A DNA stretch of 64,000 nucleotides from an uncultured Chloroflexia bacterium (lineage in GTDB: Bacteria; Chloroflexota; Limnocylindria; Limnocylindrales; CSP1-4): the NCBI GenBank assembly GCA_963759135.1, contig CAVWXU010000016.1, positions 146,998-210,997 of the forward strand, written 5' to 3'. Each line of letters begins with the position of its first letter. Within the stretch, counting starts at the first letter, position 1. Under the pieces are notes generated by a model, which saw nothing but the letters and a program-made list of their open reading frames with translations, ran no database searches and was not told the DNA's origin. Both the position numbers and the translations under genes were made by a program. This document shows, piece by piece, positions 56,101-64,000 of this stretch.

Positions 56101-56874
56101 CAGCTGCGGGGGCGGGTCGGACGCAGCGCGCGGCGGGCCTATGCCTACCTGCTGTACCGGCGGCGTGACAGGCTGAGCGAGGTCGCGCGCAAGCGCCTCC
56201 AGGCGATCTTCAACGCCTCGGAGCTGGGGGCCGGGTTCCAGATCGCGCTCGCCGACCTGGAGATCCGCGGAGCGGGCAACATCCTGGGAGCGGAGCAGCA
56301 CGGGCACATCGCCGCCGTCGGGTTCGACCTGTACACGCGCCTCCTGGGAGAGGCGGTCGAGGAGCAGAAGGCGATCCTCGAGGATCGCGAACCGGTGATC
56401 GCCCGCCCGGCTGCCGTCGTCGACCTGCCCATCGACGCCTATCTGCCCGACGAGTACGTGGCCGGCGAGCCCCAGAAGCTCGAGTTCTACCGCCGGCTGG
56501 CGCGCGTGCGGACGGACGATGAGCTGGCGGCCGCGGGCGCCGACCTTGCCGATCGCTACGGCACACTGCCGGCGCCGGCCCAACGACTGCTGGACGTCGC
56601 GAACCTTCGGCTGCTGGCCGAACGCGCGGGTATCTCGTCCGTGTCGCGGGAAGACGCCGAGCTGATCTTCCGATTCCCGCCCGACTGGCCCCGGGGAACG
56701 ATCGTCCGGGCACTGCAGGCGCCCGGGTGGCGGCCGGCGGGGATCGCACCCGGGGCGCTCCGCGTGGCCTCGAACCAGGTGCGCGTGCGGGTCGGCCGTG
56801 CGTCCGACCTCTGGCTGGCGGCGCGCGCGGTCATCGAGCGGCTCGCCGAAGGAGGCGCACCCGGCGGCACCTGA
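53183..56874 (+). CDS. mfd: transcription-repair coupling factor; frameshifts near 53400 and 54680
   Basis: RGGIVDLF, VVHVDHGI, GDVGYGKT, DEEQRFG, QLRGRVGR, DLEIRGAGN. Confidence 0.95.
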
Positions 56875-56882
56875 CCGAGGCG

Positions 56883-57588
56883 TCAGGATTCGACGAAGCG
56901 GTACCCCAGCCCGTACTCGGTGGCGATGAAACGGCGCTCGGGGGCGGCCGAGGCGAGCCTGGCGCGCAGGTTCCGCATGGTGACGCGCAGCAGCTGCGCC
57001 TCCTCACCGTAGGTCGGCCCCCACACCGCCTGGAGCAGCTCGCGGTGCGTCACGAGCTCCCCCGGATGCTCCGCGAGGTGCCGCAGCAGCCGGAACTCCG
57101 TGGGCGTCAGGTGGATCTCGATGCCGCCGACCAGCACGCGGTGGCTGCGAGGGATAGATGTGGACCGCGCCCCGCATCATGATCCCCGGGTCTTCTGCCA
57201 GTGGTGTGCGGGGATGGGTCCGACGGAGCGCCGCCTGCACGCGCGCGATGAGCTCGGGGAAGCTGACCGGCTTGTTCATGTAGTCGTCTGCGCCCGCACC
57301 GAGCCCGCGGATCTTGTCGGCCTCGGCGCCGAGGGCCGTGACCATCAGCACCGGCACCTGGCTCTGGGACCGGATTCGCCCGATCAGCTCCCACCCGTCG
57401 ATCCCGGGCAGCCCGATGTCGAGCAGCACGAGGTCCGGTGGCTGCTCTTCGAAGACTCGCAGCGCCTCCGGGCCATCGTGTGCCATCAGCGTCTGCCAGC
57501 CATGCCGATCGAGCCAGAGCCGGAGCAGCTCGGCGAACTCGGGTTCGTCCTCGACAATCAGGATGCGTTCGGCCGCCGGCTCGATCAT
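56883..57588 (-). CDS. OmpR-family response regulator; frameshift near 57150
   Basis: ILIVEDE, LLDIGLPG, GADDYMNKP; wHTH LTPTEF...GLGYRF. Confidence 0.9.
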
Positions 57589-59347
57589 CGCGCGCCGTCG
57601 GCCACGTGGCGGCTGCCGACCTGCGGGTCCGAGACGTGGCGGCGGCCGGCAGTGTGAAGGAGATCGACGTGCCGCGGTCGCGATCGTCGACCCAGATCTC
57701 GCCGCCGTGCGCCTCGACGAGCCTCCGGCACACATAGAGGCCCAGCCCGCTTCCCGGGCGTGTTCCCCGTGCGGGCCTGGCGGCCGCGGTAGAAGCGCTC
57801 GAACACCTCCTCGCGCTCGGCCGGGTCGATGCCAGCCCCCTCGTCCTCCACGCTCACGACGACCCGCCGATCACGCTGGCTGGCGCGGATCGAGATCCGT
57901 CCGCCGGTTCCCCCGTGCTTCGCTGCGTTCGTCACCAGGTTGTCAAGCACCTGCGCGATGCGATCCGCGTCCACGTCGACGGGAGGAAGGTCGGGCGGCA
58001 GCAGCAGGTCGATCGGCGGGATCCCCGGCGCATCCCCGAACTCGGCCGCGACGCGAGATGACGATCGCGGACAGTGAGGCCGGGCCGCGGCGCAGCGCGA
58101 TCCGGTCGCCCTCCAGGTGCGCCACGTCGAGGATCTCGTTCACCAGGCTCGTCAGCCTTCCGGCCGCGTTCCCGATCCCCTGCACGGCGCGCCGCCGGGC
58201 CTCCTCGTCGAGGTCAAGGCCCAACAGCGTGTCGACGTAGGCGGTGATCAGCGCGAGCGGCGTCCGTAGGTCGTGCGAGACGGCGGCGACGAACGTGGAG
58301 CGCAACTCGTCGAGCGCGTTGGCGGCCCTCAGGTCGTGGATCACCGCGACGGCTCCCGCACCGGCGCCGGTCATGGGCGCGTACGAGACCAGGACCGGGA
58401 TCTCCTCGTCGCGGCGGCCCACCACGGTCTGCTCGCGTCCCACGATGGGCGGGGCGCCATGGATCACCTCCGCGAACGGACACCGCTGCCCGCACCGTAG
58501 CTGGCGGCCGTCGAGCTCCGGGTCCGGGGCGCGCGCAGCCGAGGAGGTCGCGGCAGGACCCGGGAACGGCGTCGGGAGAGACGTCCAGCAGCGCCAGAGC
58601 TGCCTGGTTGAGCCGCACCACCGCGCCCTGGGCATCGACCGCCACGATGGCGTCCGTGGCGCCGTCGAGGATCGCCGAGAGCAGCGAGCGATCGCGCGCC
58701 AGTGCCTCGCGGAGTTGGGCGGCCCGGAAGGCCATGGCGAGCTCGTGGCGAACTCGGGGAAGGAAGCTGGGCGGCTCCGTGGCTTCCCACGCGCCGCGAG
58801 GCGCAAGTGCCACGAACCCGACGCTGCGCTGCTCGAAGCCCTCGCCGACGTCCCGGCTCTCCTCGAGCGGGACGCCCGACCAGCCGCTCTCGCTGCACCA
58901 GTCGTTCGCCGCGGTTGCGTCCTCCAGCCGTTCCGGGACCGCTCTGCCGGGCCTCGGCGGCGGGTCGTCGAGGAGCGCGGTCACCAGTGTGAGCGGCCCG
59001 CCGCCCGGCGGTGTTAGCCACAACGCACCGGCGCGCGCGTCGTCGTGCCGGCAAACCTCGTCGAGGACGGCCGCGCCCAGGTCGGCCACCCCGGCACCCG
59101 ATGCCAGCACCCGGCTCAGCTGATACTGGGCGAACATGGTGTCCGCTTCTCGCTGTGCGTCCTGGAACGACCGCTGGCGGTCGGCCTCGAGCGCGGCCAG
59201 TCGCGCGAGGCTGGCGCGTCGGTCGGGCAAACGGCGGCGCTCTTGGCCGTCGGCGTGACCCGGGCTCGCCGCTGCGGGCGCCAGCGGATCGGATGGAGCG
59301 CCCTGCAGCGGGGTCGCCGACCGACGCGTGGTCGGGTGCGGCGTCAT
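57585..59347 (-). CDS. cytoplasmic GAF/PAS sensor histidine kinase; several frameshifts
   Basis: VSHDLRTPL H-box, NLVTNA, DEGAGI, FERFYR; PAS-like ILDGATDAIVAVD. Confidence 0.85.
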
Positions 59348-59504
59348 CCGCCACGCCTTGCGCGAGGTACCGCGCTCTCCGTCCCGGGCAACTTGGCGCC
59401 GACAAGCAGGAGGCAGTCGATGCTCATCCGGACCGTAGTGTACGGGGTAGGTCGGGTGTCGCGACGGCGGTCAAGGCGCCCGACTTAGGTCCGGTTCGGA
59501 GGAC

Positions 59505-59790
59505 ATGGTGGTGGGGCTCGTCTTCGTCGCGCATGGGCCGGCACTCGTGCCGAGGCTTGGCGCCATGCTAGTGCAGGCTGCGTCGGCTGTCCCGTCGGGC
59601 TCGCCGGCGGCACGGCGCTGGGCTCGCTGAGGACGAGCGCCCCCGGGTGCTCGAGCCGCCGCGCGACGAGGTTGGGCGGTGGACCGATCGTAGAGGGGCC
59701 GTGCTCGCGGCGGCCGAGGCCGCGTCCGGTGCTGCCCTCGATGTCGTGCTCGTGGCTGCCGATGGTGCCGCTGCTTCGCGCTTGGCGAAC
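59505..59790 (+). pseudogene. dhaM: DhaM-like (PTS EIIA-Man type) remnant
   Basis: GGAGGA RBS; MVVGLVFVAHG N-terminus, and PIVEG/AVLAAAEAASGAAL C-terminal motif in broken frames. Confidence 0.6.
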
Positions 59791-59828
59791 CCGGCGACCG
59801 GACTGCGCCGAGCACGCGGGCCCGGTGG

Positions 59829-60092
59829 TTGCGCGAGGTGTTGCGCGAGGTGGCTGCAAAGGCGGCGGAGTTGGCGGCCGTCGCGGCGGAGAACGCGGGC
59901 CCTGCATTGCAGCGCGCGGCCGACATGACGACGGAGGTCGGGCACAAGGTCGCCACCCGGAGCAAGGAGTACGCCGCGGAGCTGCGCCACCAGCAGGCCG
60001 AGCAGGGCGCGGCCGAGCACGCGACGGGCGTCCCCGCCTCGGCCGGGGAGACCGAGGCAGAGCCTCACGAGGGCGAGCAGCCGGGCGCCTGA
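59829..60092 (+). CDS. Ala/Glu-rich helical hypothetical protein, probably 5'-truncated
   Basis: Protein-like ORF without a clear RBS; hairpin terminator at about 60164-60193. Confidence 0.45.
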   Translation: MREVLREVAAKAAELAAVAAENAGPALQRAADMTTEVGHKVATRSKEYAAELRHQQAEQGAAEHATGVPASAGETEAEPHEGEQPGA

Positions 60093-60246
60093 GGGCGTCG
60101 CCGTACGTCTGCGGAGCCGGCGATCCGGGTCCCGCCTCACCACGAATCCCCGCACGAGCAGTTAGGGCCCGCGGCAGGCGCCGCGGGCCCTTCTCTTGCC
60201 GCAGGCGCCCGGTCGGGCCCCGTGCTCCTGTTACCATCGCCGCCAC

Positions 60247-60487
60247 ATGGCCGGCGCCCGCCGTTTCTACCTGACCACCGCGATCGCGTATGCCAACAGC
60301 CGCCCGGGGCTGCACACCCTCTACGAGGTCGTCGGGGCGGACGCCATCGCCCGGTCCCACCGCATGCGCGGGGACGACACGTACTTCCTGACCGGCACCG
60401 ACGAGTACTCGGTGAACATCGCGACCACGGCAGCGAAGCTCGGGACGACGCCGAGGGCGTTCGTCGACGAGATGGTCGAGCTGTTCG
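60247..60487 (+). pseudogene. metG: N-terminal fragment of a methionyl-tRNA synthetase-like protein
   Basis: FYLTTAIAY...AD..AR..RMRG...FLTGTDE; similarity ends abruptly after VELF; TGtTACCAT promoter upstream. Confidence 0.75.
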
Positions 60488-60641
60488 TGGCGCGGCCAAG
60501 GCGACGCAACGAGCCTGTGTGGGTGCGCGTGACGACTGCGTGGCTGGCCGAGCACCGGCGCACGGGCGCTGCCCTGCAGGGAGAGCAGATGGTCGGCGCT
60601 TACGACGCCGTCTTTCGGGGAAGGACCGGAGGAATGCCACG

Positions 60642-60929
60642 ATGAACGTCCGTCGGGAGCCTGCCAAGCGCCCGCATCGTCCTGTGCAGCATGCGCGCGG
60701 CGCGCCGCAATCGCAGGGCGGGGGCGCTCGGGCCACGGGTGGGGGTGGCTGGTCACGGTCGCGACAGGTGATCGAAGTAGTACTCCTCGGGATCCTCGCG
60801 CTGACCGGCCTGGCCATGGTCGCGGTGAGCTCCAAGGGAGTCGTGTCCACGTTGGTGTTAAGCGTGGCCGTCGTCAGTGTGGTCGTGGCGATCGGGATCG
60901 CTCGCGCCCTGTGGCGCGCGCGGCGCTGA
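60642..60929 (+). CDS. small 2-TM membrane protein
   Basis: GGAGGA RBS; two hydrophobic helices. Confidence 0.5.
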   Translation: MNVRREPAKRPHRPVQHARGAPQSQGGGARATGGGGWSRSRQVIEVVLLGILALTGLAMVAVSSKGVVSTLVLSVAVVSVVVAIGIARALWRARR

Positions 60930-61006
60930 CGGGTTCAACGCGCGGGAAAGGCTCAGCGGGCGGCTACAACCTCGTGCTCGGCCTCGAGCCCCATCCTCAG
61001 AGGGAG

Positions 61007-61322
61007 TCTGCAAGGTCCACATCCTGCGCAACGTCCTCTCGCGGATCCCGAAGGGCAGCGCCGAGATGGTCCTGGCACTCATCCCGACGATCTGGACCCA
61101 GCCCGATCCGGCCGCCATGCGAGCCCAACTCGACGAAATCGCGGCGAAGCCCGAGCCGCGCTTCCCGGCGGTTGCGGCGATGCTCCAGGAGGCGAGGGAG
61201 GGTGTGACGGCTTTCGCCGCCTTGGCATTCAGCCACTGGAAGAAGATCTGGTCGCCGAACCTCCTGTGAGCGCCTGAACAAGGAGTCTGAGCGCCGGACG
61301 GATGTGGTCGGGATCTTCCTGC
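61007..61322 (+). mobile_element. IS256-family transposase fragment
   Basis: CKVHILRN (CxxH), HWKKIWSPN.LERLNKE..RRTDVVGIF. Confidence 0.8.
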
Positions 61323-61329
61323 CGCCATA

Positions 61330-62677
61330 CCGTGTGTCACGCGGTGGCCGATAACGAGAACGGCCACGCGTCATCCTCGCGTCGTCTGGCTAGGAACCGA
61401 CGACATGGAGGGGCACCACGATGGCCACAGACAGGATGGCCGTGCTCGACACGGTGCGCAAGGCGATCGCCACTGGCGACACCGACTCCTGCGCGAGGGG
61501 GTGCGCGTGCTCGCTCAGGCGGTGATGGAGGCCGAGGTCACCGAGCTCACGGGGGTGCCACACGGCGAGCGTGACGGAGCGCGGCTGACCGCCGCAACGG
61601 CTATCGCGAGCGACGCTGGGACACTCGGGTCGGCACCGTCGAGCTCGCATTCCGCGCGTGCGAGACGGCAGCTACTTCGCGAGCTTTCTTGAGCCCGTCG
61701 ACGCGCCGAGCGGGCTCTCCTCGCGGTGATCCAGGAGGCCTATGTGCTGGGGGTATCAACCCGCCGGGTGGAGGATCTGGTGGAGGCTCTCGGCATCGCC
61801 GGGATCAGCAAGAGCGAGGTCAGCCGCATCTGCGCCGCTCTCGACGCCGAGGTGGAGGCCTTCCGGCATCGCTCGCTCACAGGTGAGCGCTACCGTATGT
61901 GTTCCTCGATGCCACCTACGTGAAGGTGCGGGACGCTGGGCGGGTCGTCAGCATGGCCTGCCTGGTGGCCATCGGGGTGGCCGCTAGCGGGGAGCGCGCG
62001 TGCTGGGCCTCGACCTCGCGGCCGGCAACGACGAGGGCAACGCCTGGTCAGGCTTCGTGCGTGGCCTGTTGGAGCGCGGTCTCTGTGGCGTGCGCCTGGT
62101 GATCAGCGACGCCAGCGAGGGATCGTGGAGGCCGTGCACGGCCAGCTGCTCGGCGCGGGGTGGCAGAGGTGTCGCGTGCATGCCACCCGCAACTCGCTCG
62201 ATCTCGTGCCCCGCGGCTCCCAGGACATGGTGGCGGCCGCTATCCGCAACATCTCGAGCAGCCGATGAGCACTCGGCATCTGAACAGCTGCGTCGGGTGG
62301 CGGACGGCCTGTCTGCCGCTTCCCGATGGTGAGCGAGCTGCTCCTCGATGGCGAACCCGACCTCCTCGTGCACTTCACCTTCCCCGAGGCCCATCGCCGC
62401 TAGATCAGGAGCACCAACCCTCTAGAGCGCCTGAACAAGGAGATCAAACGCCGCACCGCCGTCGTCGGCATTTTCCCGACGCGCGCCAGCGTGCTCCGCC
62501 TCGTCGGCATGGTCCTCGCCGAGCAGGATGACGAGTGGCAGGACGGACGGCGCTACTTCAGCCCCGAGTCGATGGCCTTGATCGACGCGCTCCCTCACGA
62601 GGAGGTGCCGGCGTTGCTGATGGCGAGTTAAGTGAGCGCGAGGATGAGCACTGTGATATCACGTCCGGGACTTGACC
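61330..62677 (+). mobile_element. degenerate IS256-family element (transposase about 61421-62631, frameshifts and internal stop)
   Basis: RNGYR, GVSTRRV, FLDATY, LVISDA, WQRCRVH, STNPLERLNKEIKRR; right-end-like CCGGGACTTGAC; left end not recognised. Confidence 0.88.
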
Positions 62678-62834
62678 ATCTTCCTGCTGTTCTCCCGATA
62701 CGCCGACAACGATGGTTCGCCCGTCGATGTCGCATCGTTGCCGAGGGCCGAGGGTGACCCGGAGTAGTCCCGGCGGCCTTCGGATTGCCCGCCGGCTTGT
62801 CCGCCCGGGCGAGCCACCGATCGGATCTGCGCGC

Positions 62835-63300
62835 GCCTCGCCTTGGCTACCATCTGTCGCCTCGATGCCATCGCGGGCGGGGCCACCGCGCTCGAGAGCG
62901 AGATCCACGACGCGGTAGAGCCGACCGGGGCGGCCCGGCTCTGGGCGATCTGTGGCGTCGGGTCGATCATCGCGGCGAAGATCCTCGGCGAGACGCACGC
63001 CATCGATCGCTTACCATCGGCCGCCGCCTTCGCCGCCCATGCTGCGGTGGCGCCGCTGCCAGCCTCGAGCGGGACCACCCCCGACAGCGCCTCACTCGCG
63101 GCGGCAACCGACTGCTCAACCGGGCCCTCTTCACGATCGCGATGGTCCAGGCCCGACCCTCACGGGCGCACACACCTCGCGCGCAAGCACGCCGAGGGAA
63201 GGACGCCTCCTCAAGCCGAGTCGCTGCCTGATGCGCCATCTCGCCGGCGTCGTCTACCGATCGATGGTCGCCGACGCTGCGGCGGCACGCCAAGACCGCA
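62835..63300 (+). mobile_element. IS110-family recombinase C-terminal fragment
   Basis: ICGVG..IAA.IL.E...IDR, APLPASSG, GGNRLLNRAL. Confidence 0.8.
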
Positions 63301-63328
63301 TGAAGGGCGTTGCTTGGCCTAGCGGCGC

Positions 63329-63540
63329 CCCAACCGCGCGGCGCTCATGCGGCTGGGCACCGCTCTCCTCGTCGAGCAGCATGACGAGCGGCTGACGATG
63401 GACAGGCGCTCATCTCCCCCGGGCCTCATGGGCCCAGCGCATCGGCGGCGCTCCCGCGACCACCCTCGGTGAGCTGCTGAAGGAGGGCGTGGCCGTCTGG
63501 AATCGCGCGGGCTGGAGGACGAATTTGTATCACTTGACGG
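63329..63540 (+). mobile_element. third IS256-family fragment (3' end plus right end)
   Basis: PNRAALMRLGTALLVEQHDE parallels the C-terminus of the element at 62470-62560; ends ...GTATCACTTGACGG. Confidence 0.6.
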
Positions 63541-63562
63541 CGCGTGGCCGTGGCGCGCGTCC

Positions 63563-63766
63563 ATGACCGCGGGGCACCGTCTCCGCGACGCATTGTCGCG
63601 TGCCGTGGAGGCCGTGCACCGGAGCGTGGAAGCGACGCGGCCGCTCGCGCCCGGGCTTGGTCGGGCGAGCTACTTGGGCGAGCGATCCGCCGGGTATCAA
63701 GATCCCGGCGCGGCGTCAAGCCTGCCGATCATGCGTGCGCTCGAGTGGACGGCGGCCGATCGCTGA
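63563..63766 (+). pseudogene. dhaL: DhaL/DAK2 C-terminal fragment
   Basis: GRASYLGERS.G..DPGA signature; 5' part missing, replaced by the IS fragment. Confidence 0.75.
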
Positions 63767-64000
63767 GCGCCCGGGGTGCGGCGTCACCCGGCGCGATTTC
63801 GACGAAGTCTAGAGATTCGGCGGCCTCGTCGCCACGTAGACTGACGTGCGATAAGAACGGAGGACGAATGCCGGCGGTGGCGCGTGCGCGCGGGTCGACG
63901 CTGCGTACCGCGGGGCAGGAAAGGAGGGTGTCAGGTAGGGGTTTTCGCTCGTGCCAACCCCGACTGGGTGGCAGGGTCCGTCTGTAGGGCCGACGCGGCC

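Overview
Very GC-rich bacterial chromosome segment. The GAAC-N4-GTTC LexA boxes, a perfect CIRCE and the Firmicutes-like rpsT-lepA-hemW-hrcA-grpE-dnaK order would fit a Chloroflexota-type monoderm (inference only). Many genes, including housekeeping ones, carry single-base frameshifts, most likely long-read errors, so split ORFs were rejoined by eye. In order, the window holds: (1) a phosphonate catabolic cluster (ABC importer, EEP hydrolase, PhnW fused to an apparently inactive HAD domain, PhnX); (2) M48 protease, methyltransferase, cis-prenyltransferase, VKOR, RraA-like gene and tRNA-Ala(CGC); (3) a split SOS mutagenesis cassette, imuA-imuB-DUF6504-like / ABC-2 exporter / dnaE2, with two separate LexA-box promoters; (4) a large surface protein with a lamin-tail domain and repeated OB folds, a nucleoside phosphorylase, a small Zn-ribbon protein and gap-pgk; (5) rpsT with a long basic tail, lepA, hemW, CIRCE-hrcA-grpE-dnaK, an inverted YcaQ-like glycosylase+MFS pair, dnaJ-prmA-HIT, rpsU-yqeY-7TM-HD-ybeY, pth, mfd and a two-component system; (6) a terminal mosaic of gene fragments (dhaM, a MetRS-like N-terminus lacking HIGH, IS256 and IS110 remnants, dhaL). 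About 15 short tandem-repeat arrays, each with its own unit, sit at gene junctions and next to promoters. No CRISPR array or rRNA was seen.
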